Assembly: GCA_903911225.1 (NCBI GenBank)
Contig: CAIWCT010000110.1
Coordinates: 1,016 to 65,015 of the forward strand
DNA length: 64,000 nt
Origin: an uncultured delta proteobacterium
GTDB taxonomy: Bacteria > Desulfobacterota > WTBG01 > CAIYCZ01 > CAIRTM01
Direction of reading: 5' to 3'
In this document: one piece after another, positions 10,530-20,531 of the stretch
How positions within the stretch are numbered: the first letter of the stretch is position 1
How the letters are laid out: each line of letters begins with the position of its first letter
Made by a program: the position numbers and the translations under genes
The notes under the pieces: generated by a model
Database searches by the model: none
What the model was told of the DNA's origin: nothing
What the model saw: the letters and a program-made list of their open reading frames with translations, nothing else

Positions 10530-12245
10530 TTATTCATCAACGGGGTCAGCTATATTGTATTCAGAGAGTTTCCGGTACAAGGTCTGACGGCCGACACCTA
10601 GAATACGTGCAGCTTTTGCCTTGTTCCAGGCAGTTTTTTCCAGAGCTTTTCGCACAGAATCTTCGGAACAGTGCGTTAAGGGCTCCTTTTTGACGGGTGC
10701 TTTCTCTACTGGTACGGGCGCAACCAGTTCCGATGGCAGATGTGCAAGGGTTATTTCAGTGCTTCCGCAGACAACAAAAGCATGTTCCATGGCATGTTCA
10801 AGCTCCCGAATATTGCCGGGCCAGCGATATGTTAGAAATGCTTTGTAAACATCCTCAGCGATATGCAAAATATTTTTGTGAAACAGCCTGTTGAAAAGCA
10901 CCCTGAAATGTTCAACCAGCAGCGGGATATCATCCCTGTGCTCGCGAAGGGACGGCAGTGCTACCTCTACCACTTTGAGGCGGTAATAGAGGTCCTCTCG
11001 AAAAACACCCCGCTCGACCCTGGCCATCAAATTCTGATGGGTTGCGGTGATAACGCGCACGTTCACCTTTAAAGACCGGGTGTCGCCTACCCGTTCAAAC
11101 TCCTTCTGCTGTAGAAACCTGAGCAGCTTCACCTGCACGTTGGGGCTCAAGTCGCCAATCTCGTCCAGAAAAACAGTTCCTCCATCAGCCATCTCAAAAC
11201 GTCCTATTTTATCTTTTATGGCACCGGTAAATGCGCCTTTTACATGTCCAAACAGCTCGCTTTCAAGGAGATTTTCTGAAAGTGCTGAGCAATTTATTTT
11301 TATCAGCGGCTTGGAGCTACGCGGGCCGATAGCATGAAGCGCATCGGCAACAAGCTCCTTGCCAGTGCCGCTCTCTCCGGTTACCAGCACCGTTGTTTCC
11401 GTTTCGGCAAGGGCCTCAAGCAACTCATAGATTTCCTGCATCCGTTTGCTTTTGCCGATCAAGGCGCGAAAACTGCGCCGCTCCTGACCACCTTCAAGAT
11501 CGATAGTGCGCGTTATATCACGCAGCACAAGAACAGCTCCCGGAACTATGCTGCTGGGATCAACAAGTTGTGAACAGCTGATTAGAACCGTTTGAGGTTT
11601 GCCGTCTGGACATATCCATTCGGCCGGATATTCTTTGATCATTGCCCCTGTTTGCAGCGTCTTTTGTGCAACGTCGGTCAGAAATGGTTTCTGTGACTGG
11701 CTAACCACATCTGTCAGGATCTGACCGATAATCTCACCGGACGAACGTTGCAAAAAATTTTCTACAGCGTCGTTGACGGTAAGTATTGTCAGATTGGAAT
11801 CTATGGCCAAAATTGCCTCATAGACGCACTTAAATGTCGCTTCAAGGGTGCGGCGGTATGTTTCGCGCGATTCAACCGTATGCTTATGGCGAAGAGACTG
11901 ATCTGTTATGCGCAGCATCATCGTCCTGGTGACAGGTTTGGGCACATAATCGAAAGCGCCCATGCGAACAGCTTCTCCGGCAGTCGCAATATCCATTTTA
12001 CCCGTAATTATGACAACCTGCGTCGGAAGTTCGAGTTTTTTTACCTCACGCAAAATATCGATTCCCGTACGGGCACCATTGGATAAATCTGCAAAAATCA
12101 CATCAAAAACTTGCCTCGAAAGGGCCTCGATGGCGTCGTCATAGTTGCTGGCCGTTACAACTTCATGGCCCGTCTCAACAAGAAAGGCTTCTAAAGTCTC
12201 CTGAAGTTTCGGCTCATCATCAATAACTAAAATCCTACCATTCAT
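10530..12245 (-). CDS. Sigma-54-dependent response regulator (REC-PAS-AAA+-HTH, NtrC family)
   Basis: The REC domain is ILVIDDE...FADL. The AAA+ region carries Walker A GESGTGKE and the GAFTGA sigma54-contact motif, and ESELFGH. A C-terminal Fis-type HTH is present (RILGVGRQTLYRKL). The start was set at the second Met, after a GGGAG RBS. Confidence 0.85.
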   Translation of the reverse strand: MNGRILVIDDEPKLQETLEAFLVETGHEVVTASNYDDAIEALSRQVFDVIFADLSNGARTGIDILREVKKLELPTQVVIITGKMDIATAGEAVRMGAFDYVPKPVTRTMMLRITDQSLRHKHTVESRETYRRTLEATFKCVYEAILAIDSNLTILTVNDAVENFLQRSSGEIIGQILTDVVSQSQKPFLTDVAQKTLQTGAMIKEYPAEWICPDGKPQTVLISCSQLVDPSSIVPGAVLVLRDITRTIDLEGGQERRSFRALIGKSKRMQEIYELLEALAETETTVLVTGESGTGKELVADALHAIGPRSSKPLIKINCSALSENLLESELFGHVKGAFTGAIKDKIGRFEMADGGTVFLDEIGDLSPNVQVKLLRFLQQKEFERVGDTRSLKVNVRVITATHQNLMARVERGVFREDLYYRLKVVEVALPSLREHRDDIPLLVEHFRVLFNRLFHKNILHIAEDVYKAFLTYRWPGNIRELEHAMEHAFVVCGSTEITLAHLPSELVAPVPVEKAPVKKEPLTHCSEDSVRKALEKTAWNKAKAARILGVGRQTLYRKLSEYNIADPVDE

Positions 12246-12355
12246 AATGAATCTCCCCGGCATTCAGTTCAATATGTTTCGCAGCTTGAACTGCACATTC
12301 GCCGTGTGCTGATGCTGTCTCATCGTAGTGCAGCCAATTGCTGAATACAAAAAAG

Positions 12356-12808
12356 TTATAACTGTGCGGCAACTGTAAGTAAATTACCATCGGCCAGGAA
12401 ACTGCACTTAACAAAAGGCTCATTTGGATCAAACGGCCTGTCGGCTATCTCCGGAAGACCGAGGTGAAACGTACATTCTGCAGGAAGAACCCTTTTCATC
12501 ACGCGGCCCGATATAGTATTCAAAAGCTCACAGGTGACATCTTGAATCACAGCCTCAGTCGGCTCCCTATCGGAAATGCTGTACAGGTTCTTTGAAATTT
12601 CAATGGCTGTACTCTTGGGCATGGCCAGGCGAAGCAGGCCGGGTCTAGGCTCGAGCACCATGAGCGTTGCCATGACAGGATCACAACCGATGTCCTCGGA
12701 CAAACCGTTCAGATCAGTATCAATGACCATAAAAACCATATTCTCAATGCTCTCCGTCACCGCAGCTTTAATGGCCAGGCACAGGTTTATCTCATGCTGT
12801 TCCATCAA
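12356..12808 (-). CDS. CheX-like chemotaxis phosphatase (tentative)
   Basis: 150 aa acidic protein with an ELLNTISG motif resembling the CheX/CheC active-site region. It sits at the distal end of the che operon. Confidence 0.45.
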   Translation of the reverse strand: MMEQHEINLCLAIKAAVTESIENMVFMVIDTDLNGLSEDIGCDPVMATLMVLEPRPGLLRLAMPKSTAIEISKNLYSISDREPTEAVIQDVTCELLNTISGRVMKRVLPAECTFHLGLPEIADRPFDPNEPFVKCSFLADGNLLTVAAQL

Positions 12809-13190
12809 GTAACTCCTTTTTCTTGAACAAAGAACCTATCGATGCGATAAGCACAGGAGGGGTTATGGGCTTACTGAGCACAGCATAAGCCCCCTCGGCA
12901 ACCAGTTCAACATCGGATGCGGGGTTGCTGGCGCTTGAGATGACGACAACCGGTATTTCGCAAGTTCGGGGGCTCGATTTGAGTCGCTTGAGCATGTTTC
13001 TTCCGTCGAGCACAGGCATATTCAAGTCGGCAAGGATGAAATCAACGGGCATTTCCCGTAGCATATCAAGGGCCTCCCTGCCGTTACATGCTTCGTAAAA
13101 ATCAGCATCCTGACACCCCGATATTTCAAGACAGCGTCTGATGAACATACGGGCTGTACTGGAATCATCAACGATTAAAATTTTCTGCAT
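12792..13190 (-). CDS. Single-domain response regulator (CheY-like)
   Basis: ILIVDDSSTARM...ILADLNMPVLDG...LSKP, a stand-alone REC. Confidence 0.8.
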   Translation of the reverse strand: MQKILIVDDSSTARMFIRRCLEISGCQDADFYEACNGREALDMLREMPVDFILADLNMPVLDGRNMLKRLKSSPRTCEIPVVVISSASNPASDVELVAEGAYAVLSKPITPPVLIASIGSLFKKKELLDGTA

Positions 13191-14052
13191 TGCCTGCTCC
13201 TTTATTTACAAGGGCCATCGTTCTTTGAAATTCCTCATCTACGCGAAGCATAATGGCCGGCAACTGATTTTTGCGTATGCCCAGAAGCTCCTTATATCCG
13301 TTTTCGAGCTGATAGCACATGGAATCGCATCCGGTGCCGATCCCCCTCATCATGGCTATGATATCACCCAGGTGTACGGTGTAAATTATCCGGTGATATT
13401 TCTCATCAGCGGCCTGCGGATGATGATGATGGCGGATGATCTCTGGAAAAGGGGAAGGCAGCTTCCACATCTTGGCCATTGCGGCACCGATAATGCAGTG
13501 ATTTGTTCCTAGTTTTTCCTCCTCGGCCGTTAGATAATCCAGAACCAGGCCCCTGTCAATTTCCATAATAACCTCATCGACGGAGTCTGTTAAAAATTCC
13601 GACAGTACCGACTTGCCTATATCATGTAAAATTCCCCCGGTAAATGCCTCATCGGCATTAACCTCCATGGGGCTCATAATTGCAATGACTTTTGCCGCTA
13701 TAGCCGTCAGAAGGTTGTGTTCCCAGAGTTTACCCTGTTCGGCCTGATAGCCATCCAGCGGCTTAAGCATAAGCCCGTCGGTGCAGTAATCCAGAGCAAT
13801 GCCCAGCATGACCCTGTCTCCAATTGCTGTCATCGCGCCTGCAATTGTTGTAATGGGCGCAGCTGGAAAAAGTGTGTGCGCATTTACAATCGTCAGCACG
13901 CGTGCGGTAAGGGCTGCATCCGTTTCTATAATCCGGGCCAGCTTCTCGACAGACTGCCCTCTATCACACAAAATCTCCATGATCTGCTGGGCCGTATGTG
14001 ACAGAGGCTTCACACTTCTTATTCTGCTGATAATCTCATCCTTAAGAGGCAT
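13168..14052 (-). CDS. HDOD-domain signalling protein
   Basis: 294 aa with the HDOD pattern (LPSPFPEI...GGILHDIGK...LLGI); no output domain. Confidence 0.65.
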   Translation of the reverse strand: MPLKDEIISRIRSVKPLSHTAQQIMEILCDRGQSVEKLARIIETDAALTARVLTIVNAHTLFPAAPITTIAGAMTAIGDRVMLGIALDYCTDGLMLKPLDGYQAEQGKLWEHNLLTAIAAKVIAIMSPMEVNADEAFTGGILHDIGKSVLSEFLTDSVDEVIMEIDRGLVLDYLTAEEEKLGTNHCIIGAAMAKMWKLPSPFPEIIRHHHHPQAADEKYHRIIYTVHLGDIIAMMRGIGTGCDSMCYQLENGYKELLGIRKNQLPAIMLRVDEEFQRTMALVNKGAGNAENFNR

Positions 14053-14148
14053 ATCGTACCTGAATCATGGTGAACAATTATAAATTTTCGGATCCATCAA
14101 TTCTTTAATCACCAAAATCCCTGAATTATCCTAATCATCGGGTACTGC

Positions 14149-14514
14149 TCACTGAACATATCTTTTAATAACATCTATTAACTCTTGAAGCTGAACCGGC
14201 TTAGCCATAAAATGAGTAGCGCCCTGTTCAAGAAGGTGGGAAATTTCTTTAGCTCTGATTGCGCCCGATACAATAAGAATTGGAAGTTTGGAAAACCGGC
14301 TGTTTTCTCTAATAAGCTTGATTAATTCCATGCCTTCCATCTCAGGCATCAACATATCTGATATAAGAAATGAGATATCATCATTTGCCTGCAGCACCTC
14401 CCAGGCCATTCGTCCGTTTATAGCACGTACGACACAGTGGCCCATTGACTCTACTGTTGCGCTGAATATATCCAGCATTGAACTGTCATCCTCTGCTATA
14501 AGTATCTTTGCCAT
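14149..14514 (-). CDS. Single-domain response regulator (CheY-like)
   Basis: ILIAEDDSSMLD...ISDMLMPEMEG...MAKP. Confidence 0.8.
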   Translation of the reverse strand: MAKILIAEDDSSMLDIFSATVESMGHCVVRAINGRMAWEVLQANDDISFLISDMLMPEMEGMELIKLIRENSRFSKLPILIVSGAIRAKEISHLLEQGATHFMAKPVQLQELIDVIKRYVQ

Positions 14515-14577
14515 AGTTCACCCGCATCCATCTATCAAGATTGGGGCCGCGACTTTGTATTGTTTCAAAGGTGACGA

Positions 14578-15066
14578 TTAAATTTCCCAGCTTCCACGGC
14601 CGGCAGATGTGATAACAACTCTTCCGGAATCAACATCGGCCGCGATGCTTCTGCTAATATGTCCACCGACATCTTCAGCCTGCACGCCCATGCCCAGTGT
14701 CCAGAGCATTTTTTTTAGGGCCAGCTCATTGCGTTTGCCGATATTGAATGTATTGTTCGGATCCAGCACCTGCGCGCCGCCTACCATTTTTACAATAAAA
14801 CTTTTATCATTTTGAAGGTGCGAAATGCGCTTCATTGCATCGAAAAGGGCAAAAAAACCTGTGTCTGCGAAGTAGCCGGGTTTTGCCATTGCTTTCGCAC
14901 GGTCTATTGATGATTCAGGTAGTGCCACATGCACCATGCCTACAGACCTTGTCCTTGGCTCAAGTAAAATGAGCGCCACACATGAGCCAAGCGCAAGAGT
15001 TTTAATAACATCTCCTGGAGCATTTGATACGCCTAAATCTCCAACACCCAGTATTATAATCGACAT
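14578..15066 (-). CDS. cheD: Chemoreceptor glutamine deamidase
   Basis: 162 aa with the CheD motifs LGSCVALIL, VHVALP and VGGAQVL. Confidence 0.85.
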   Translation of the reverse strand: MSIIILGVGDLGVSNAPGDVIKTLALGSCVALILLEPRTRSVGMVHVALPESSIDRAKAMAKPGYFADTGFFALFDAMKRISHLQNDKSFIVKMVGGAQVLDPNNTFNIGKRNELALKKMLWTLGMGVQAEDVGGHISRSIAADVDSGRVVITSAGRGSWEI

Positions 15067-15186
15067 AAATTGTTCAGGTTTGAAATGTTATTTCCGCCAG
15101 CAGGGTTAAAAAAAAACCTCAGGCATATATTATTGATGCTATTGATGCACATCACCTTGGATCGTCAGATGTTTCTTATAGCAGGG

Positions 15187-15576
15187 CTAAGCCGTACCGC
15201 TCATGCTATCTTTCAACATCTCATAGCCTACAAGCGCTTGTGTAAGCTGCTCTTGGCTGATCACGCCCATCTCAACCAGTATTTCTCCCAGCTTCGGGCG
15301 TTTACTCATTTGAATGCTGAGAATGAAATCAGCCTGCTCGCGGGTAAGGAATCCAAGGGCAATTGCGATATCGCAAAACTTCAAATCGGTGTCGACCTGA
15401 CGGTTCAGTATGGTAAACATGTGGTTCATTTCAAGAAGGCGGTATTGCAGTGCTATCTTCCCGACAGCCATCTGTTTCTTCATCTGGCGGTCAAGGGCCT
15501 GTATGATATGTTCAGGGTTTACAACACCCTGCTTCACCAGAAATGTTCCAAAATGCATCATGTCTAAATCTTTCAA
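15187..15576 (-). CDS. Small protein made of four tandem MshEN/GspE-N-type 24-residue motifs (putative c-di-GMP receptor)
   Basis: 129 aa containing four motif copies: HFGTFLVKQGVVNPEHIIQALDRQ, AVGKIALQYRLLEMNHMFTILNRQ, KFCDIAIALGFLTREQADFILSIQ and KLGEILVEMGVISQEQLTQALVGY. Each matches the MshEN consensus xLGxxLLxxGLIxxxxLxxALxxQ. Confidence 0.6.
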   Translation of the reverse strand: MKDLDMMHFGTFLVKQGVVNPEHIIQALDRQMKKQMAVGKIALQYRLLEMNHMFTILNRQVDTDLKFCDIAIALGFLTREQADFILSIQMSKRPKLGEILVEMGVISQEQLTQALVGYEMLKDSMSGTA

Positions 15577-15744
15577 TCAGTTTTGCTTTTACCCCTCGTC
15601 GCTGTAACGCTTGCCCTCTATGATTTTTCTCAGGTAAAAAATTCAGCGCCGCACATTAAGAATTGAAAAAACAAGGCCTGCTGATTCTGATAGTCGTCCA
15701 GGGAGCGTGCGTATCGTTTTCCAAACGGACAGGGTATAGGGCAT

Positions 15745-16107
15745 TCAAATAGGCTCTTTTGATTTCTCGTATGCATCTAGAGCTTCCGTGAGCTGTTGCG
15801 GGCTTAAAACGCCCATCTCAACAAGTATTTCTCCAATGGGTGTTCGCATATTTTTTTGCATGGCAAGCAGATGATCAACCTGCTGCCGAGTAAGGTAACC
15901 GAGCTCAAATGCGATGTTGCCAAATTTTAAATTTACTTCAAACTGACGGTTTAATATTTCAAAAACCTGATTCATTTTAAGAAAGTGGTGTTCCAGCGCT
16001 ATCTTGCCGATCGGCACTTGCCGCTCCCGCTGGCAGTCGAGGGCTTTAACGATTTGCTCTGGGCTTACCAGCCCAAGCCTCACCATAAATAAGCCAAAAT
16101 GAATCAT
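15745..16107 (-). CDS. Paralogous small protein made of four tandem MshEN/GspE-N-type motifs
   Basis: 120 aa containing four motif copies: HFGLFMVRLGLVSPEQIVKALDCQ, PIGKIALEHHFLKMNQVFEILNRQ, KFGNIAFELGYLTRQQVDHLLAMQ and PIGEILVEMGVLSPQQLTEALDAY. It is a paralog of the adjacent gene. Confidence 0.6.
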   Translation of the reverse strand: MIHFGLFMVRLGLVSPEQIVKALDCQRERQVPIGKIALEHHFLKMNQVFEILNRQFEVNLKFGNIAFELGYLTRQQVDHLLAMQKNMRTPIGEILVEMGVLSPQQLTEALDAYEKSKEPI

Positions 16108-16179
16108 GTTATCATCCTTTCAAAAAGGAATCGAAAAACACATCTCATTGGCACATGAGAAAGCAGCCTAATCAGGTTC

Positions 16180-17226
16180 TTAAATATAACTCAATACTGT
16201 TTGAGCAATTTTGTCAAGCGGAACGAAGCTTTCAACCCCGCCGCGATCATAGGCACTCTTGGGCATGCCAAACACTATGCAGCTCTGCTCATCCTGTGCG
16301 ATAGTGCGGGCACCTGCTCTGCGCATGTGCAACATGCCTTCGGCGCCGTCATGGCCCATGCCGGTGAGCATGACGCCAACTGCATTAGCACCGACATGCT
16401 CTGCTACCGAAAGCATCATAGTATCAACCGACGGGCAGTGGCCGTTGACTTTTTCTCCTGTAAGGCAATCCACATAGTAAAAGCCACCCGTTCGTTTCAC
16501 TTTGATATGATAATCCCCTGGAGCAATAAGGATTCTGCCCGGCATTATCCTGTCGCCACTTTCGGCTTCTTTAACTTCCATGAGGCACTGCATATTCAAA
16601 CGCTCAGCAAATGCTTTTGTGAAACCTGCAGGCATGTGCTGAACAATAACAACACCTGGTGCAATCGCAGGAAAACGCTCAATAACAAGCCGGATAGCTT
16701 CGGTGCCACCGGTTGAAGCGCCGATGGCAATCACCTTATCGGTTGACTCGGCAAGAGATTTTGTCATTCCGATAACATTCGGTTTTTCGTCAGGGCGTTT
16801 AAGTTTCCAGTGGGAGACATTAGCCGTCGATGCTATTTTTACCTTGGTTCGAAGCTCCATCATCATATCGCTCAGGCTTTGAGCAATATTTGTAGATGGC
16901 TTTGGCACGATATCAACTGCGCCTGCCTCAAGGGCTTCGATGGTGATCTGTTTGCCCTTCTGTGTAAGGGCACTGACCATGACGACAGGCATCGGAAATT
17001 GCGGCATAAGACGCTTAAGAAATTCCACGCCGTCCATTCTGGGCATTTCCACATCCAGGGTGAGTACATCTGGCCGGTGCTTAATGATCATGTCGCGGGC
17101 AACATAGGGATCCGATGCAGCGCCAACAACTTCAATGCCGGGATCCTGTGAAAGACCCTGCGAAAGGATTGTGCGCACAAGGGCTGAATCATCAACAACA
17201 AGAACACGGATTTTTCTTTTGATCAT
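16180..17226 (-). CDS. cheB: Chemotaxis response-regulator methylesterase
   Basis: N-terminal REC (IRVLVVDDSALVR...LTLDVEMPRMDG) plus the methylesterase domain (GASTGGTEA...GMGHDGAEG). The start was chosen at the Met that begins MIKRKIRVLVVDD. Confidence 0.9.
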   Translation of the reverse strand: MIKRKIRVLVVDDSALVRTILSQGLSQDPGIEVVGAASDPYVARDMIIKHRPDVLTLDVEMPRMDGVEFLKRLMPQFPMPVVMVSALTQKGKQITIEALEAGAVDIVPKPSTNIAQSLSDMMMELRTKVKIASTANVSHWKLKRPDEKPNVIGMTKSLAESTDKVIAIGASTGGTEAIRLVIERFPAIAPGVVIVQHMPAGFTKAFAERLNMQCLMEVKEAESGDRIMPGRILIAPGDYHIKVKRTGGFYYVDCLTGEKVNGHCPSVDTMMLSVAEHVGANAVGVMLTGMGHDGAEGMLHMRRAGARTIAQDEQSCIVFGMPKSAYDRGGVESFVPLDKIAQTVLSYI

Positions 17227-17282
17227 GGCTATTCTGTCAATTGCAGCTCTAAAGAACTGCATTCGCGTCAGTGAAATCTATA

Positions 17283-18191
17283 TTACAGTTCCCGCCGCCT
17301 GTATACCGCCGGCATGATATATTTAAACAGGGCTTGTTCTCTGCCCAGGGATTCCGAGTGTCCTATAAAAAAATATCCCCCCGGTGCAAGGCTGTCATAA
17401 AATCTTTTAATAAGTCCGTCGCGGGTCGCCTGGTCGAAATAGATCATGACATTCCTGCAGAATATGACATGAAACAACTTTTTAAAGGGAAACGTCTTGT
17501 TCATTAGATTCAATCTGCGAAATGTTACTTCATGTTTGATCGCAGAAGTAACCTCATATTTGTCATCCTGAATTTTTTTAAAATAGTGCTGCGCATAGCC
17601 AGGAGCATTTTTAATGTTTTCGTAGGGATAAACACCTGCTACAGCCTTATTGAGAGCTTTTGCCGATATGTCTGTTCCGAGTACACCGGCATCCCACAGG
17701 TGGTAGTCATTACGAAAAAATTCCATCATCTCTATGATAATCGTATATGCTTCTTCGCCGGAAGAACATCCAGCGCACCATACCCTGAGATCCCTTCGCT
17801 GCTCCTGCTGCAATCGCAGCTTTATTTCCGGTAGAACCGTATTTTTGAAATAAGCAAAATGCGCGCATTCTCGATAGAAAAAAGTATGATTGGTTGAGAT
17901 CTGGTTTATAAGTGCATCAAGAGCAGAACCGCTTTTGTCCTGCACAAGATGCTCGTAAAATTGCATAAACGAATCAAACCTCAACTGCCTGAGCGTCTTC
18001 TGCAACCGTCCAACAACAAGAGATCTCTTGGCTTCGGTTAGGTTGATTCCGAACCGCTCATACACAAGAGTGCGAATTAGATTAAATTCATCATCAGTAA
18101 GTTGCATCAGTTTATGCACGAAAGGTTCAGGCGAAAAGCTTACGGGGGCATATATTTTTAAATCAACCATCATAGCCTGAAGCTTTACCAA
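17283..18191 (-). CDS. cheR: Chemotaxis protein methyltransferase
   Basis: The CheR N-terminal helical domain (LTDDEFNLIRTLVYERFGINL) is followed by a SAM-dependent methyltransferase domain (VWCAGCSSGEEAY...IFCRNVMIYF). Confidence 0.85.
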   Translation of the reverse strand: MVKLQAMMVDLKIYAPVSFSPEPFVHKLMQLTDDEFNLIRTLVYERFGINLTEAKRSLVVGRLQKTLRQLRFDSFMQFYEHLVQDKSGSALDALINQISTNHTFFYRECAHFAYFKNTVLPEIKLRLQQEQRRDLRVWCAGCSSGEEAYTIIIEMMEFFRNDYHLWDAGVLGTDISAKALNKAVAGVYPYENIKNAPGYAQHYFKKIQDDKYEVTSAIKHEVTFRRLNLMNKTFPFKKLFHVIFCRNVMIYFDQATRDGLIKRFYDSLAPGGYFFIGHSESLGREQALFKYIMPAVYRRREL

Positions 18192-18252
18192 TTATCATGT
18201 CTTGAGCCGTTTCTTATGCACCGGATAGTGCTATCAGACCTCTTATAAAACA

Positions 18253-20478
18253 CTACATTTGATCGAACTTTGTATCATCAGGACGAATCGGGAATTCTGT
18301 ATCTTGTCCCTCCGTCTTAAATCCACCCCAGGGTGTACTTTGCTTTGTATGTGACGCTACCATTGCCTCACCCATTCCAAGCATTCTTTGACCACTGCTA
18401 TCCTGCGGAGTTTCAAGTCTGCTATTAATACTGTTATCTTCAATTGTAAATGTTGCTACCAGTTGCTGTAGCACCAATGACTGGCTTGAAAGCTCCTCAG
18501 CGGCCGCCGCACTTTCTTCGGCATGGGCAGTATTCTGCTGCGTTACCTGATCAACCTGACCAAGGCCCTGCGTGATCTGGCTTATGCCTTGAGCCTGCTC
18601 ATTGGAAGCAGCAGCAATCTCGGCAACAAGGTCGGTCATCTTTCCTGCTGCTGTAACTATCTCGTGCAACGCCGTTGCTGTTTTGTCAGCCATCTGAGTC
18701 CCGTCAACAGCCTTCTTAACAGAACCTTCAATCAAATCTGCAGTTTCCCGGGCTGCTTTGGCGCTACGGGCGGCAAGATTTCTCACCTCCTCGGCCACTA
18801 CAGCAAAGCCTTTTCCGTATTTGCCGGCACGTGCAGCCTCAACCGCAGCATTCAACGCCAACAAGTTGGTTTGAAAGGCGATTTCATCAATAACTTTAAT
18901 AATTCTAGAAATGTTGCGGCTTGAATCATTGATTTCATGCATGGCGTCAACCATTCGATTCATCCGTTCATTGCCTCGTTCAGCAAGCATCTTTGTCTCA
19001 CCTGCAAGCATATTTGCCTGCCTTGCATTTTCTGCATTATGTTTCGTCTGCGATGCTATTTCATTCATGGAACTTACTATTTGCTCAAGAGAGCTTGCCT
19101 GTTCGGTTGCGCCCTGGCTCATGGCCTGGCTGGTTGAGCTCATTTGATGTGCCCCGGCAGCAACATTGTTGGCCAGCACATTAATATCTGCCATAGTGGA
19201 TAAAAGCGTTTCTACCATGGTTTTAAGTGAATAACCAAAAGCGTCGCTGTCGGAAAGCGGCACAACATTCACGGTTAAATCTCCGATAGCAATTTTTCTG
19301 GCAACTTCAACAAGACTCTGCATATTTTTAACCATTTTTTTCATGGCCTCGGCAAGTACGCCGATTTCATCATGCTGGTCAATGTTGATGGTTTGCTGCA
19401 GATCGCCTTCAGACACGGCATTTGCTAGTGCAACACTTGCACGTATCGGCTCAGTTATCATGCGTGTTAAAAAAAGCCCTATACCAATCGCAAAAAGTGT
19501 TCCAAAGATCATCCAAAAAATTTCTGTCTTAACTGTCGAAGATACTTCAAGCTTCACCCTGCTGCTTAGATCTCGTGCGGCAGTATCATTGATTTTAATA
19601 ACTCTGTCTATTAATGCAGTAACCACTACCTGCTTTTCGTGGCACTTTTCCAATACCTGTATGTTCATTTTATTATACAAATCAACAGCCAGGTTAGCTT
19701 CTGCCAGTATTTTTTCAAAAATTCTGAAGGTAATATTCATATTTTCAGTCATATCGTTATAGACTTTCAGGGCCGTATCCTTGTCTGCTTTGGTCATCAG
19801 TTCTTTCACATCATGCGCACCTTGATAAAATGCAAAGTGAAATTGCAAAACTTGTGAGATCAAGTCCTCAAGTTTGCTGTTTTTAGTCTTGAAGGTTGCA
19901 GACCATATTCCAAAATTGGATGTCGCAGGGTCGTCACCGCCTTCGAATGTGGCCCCATTGTAGATCAAGCCCGAAACAGCCACTGCCAACCGGTAATTTT
20001 CGGTGCGAAAAGACAGTATCTTTGCCATAAGATCGACCGGATTGCGGATATCGGTAGCGACAAGTTGTTTGGCATAATCAATAAATATGGTATTCTCCTG
20101 ATTCCATGCATCTACTGCATTCATCAGTTGCTTCAAAAGCATCGCCTCTTCATCTGTTTTGGGCAGGGATTCGTAGACTGTCCAGGCAGCCTTATAGCGT
20201 TCCTGCGCGTGTATAAAGTTATCAAACTGTTGGTCGTGTTCTTTATCAGCTAAAAGGGGATTTAGAAGGGTATACTGTGTTGCTCTGATGTTTTCAAATT
20301 CTTGTTTTATAATCCGCAGGTTGTCGATACTCGGCAGTCGAACATCGGCTACTTCTTCTGTGCTTCTGCCCAGATTAAGGGCGCCAATCAAGCCCATCAT
20401 GCCGACAATAAGTGTTATGAAAGCAACTAGGATAAATCCCCCGGTAAGTTTTATGCCAAGTTTTATGTTCTTAAGCAT
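18253..20478 (-). CDS. Methyl-accepting chemotaxis protein with a large helical periplasmic sensor domain
   Basis: Two TM segments flank a periplasmic region of about 280 aa, followed by HAMP and the MCP signalling domain ([32 protein letters not shown]). The start was set at the Met that follows an AAGGAG RBS. Confidence 0.9.
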   Translation of the reverse strand: MLKNIKLGIKLTGGFILVAFITLIVGMMGLIGALNLGRSTEEVADVRLPSIDNLRIIKQEFENIRATQYTLLNPLLADKEHDQQFDNFIHAQERYKAAWTVYESLPKTDEEAMLLKQLMNAVDAWNQENTIFIDYAKQLVATDIRNPVDLMAKILSFRTENYRLAVAVSGLIYNGATFEGGDDPATSNFGIWSATFKTKNSKLEDLISQVLQFHFAFYQGAHDVKELMTKADKDTALKVYNDMTENMNITFRIFEKILAEANLAVDLYNKMNIQVLEKCHEKQVVVTALIDRVIKINDTAARDLSSRVKLEVSSTVKTEIFWMIFGTLFAIGIGLFLTRMITEPIRASVALANAVSEGDLQQTINIDQHDEIGVLAEAMKKMVKNMQSLVEVARKIAIGDLTVNVVPLSDSDAFGYSLKTMVETLLSTMADINVLANNVAAGAHQMSSTSQAMSQGATEQASSLEQIVSSMNEIASQTKHNAENARQANMLAGETKMLAERGNERMNRMVDAMHEINDSSRNISRIIKVIDEIAFQTNLLALNAAVEAARAGKYGKGFAVVAEEVRNLAARSAKAARETADLIEGSVKKAVDGTQMADKTATALHEIVTAAGKMTDLVAEIAAASNEQAQGISQITQGLGQVDQVTQQNTAHAEESAAAAEELSSQSLVLQQLVATFTIEDNSINSRLETPQDSSGQRMLGMGEAMVASHTKQSTPWGGFKTEGQDTEFPIRPDDTKFDQM
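18430..19200. repeat. Paralogous MCP signalling-domain repeat, copy 1 of 3 (copies 2 and 3 at about 20730-21500 and 23380-24150)
   Basis: Segments such as gccgccgcactttcttcggcatgggcagtattctgctgcgttacctga are shared almost verbatim between copies. Over about 0.6-0.7 kb the three copies are roughly 85-90 percent identical by eye. Confidence 0.7.
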
Positions 20479-20531
20479 TATTACTCCTTTATCCAATTAC
20501 CAAAATTCAATAATCTGGAATAGTAAAACGT

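Noticed and set aside
15070-15567. 165-aa plus-strand ORF overlapping the MshEN-repeat gene
   Set aside because: Antisense to an ORF with a clear internal four-fold repeat structure; it lacks an RBS and has no motifs.
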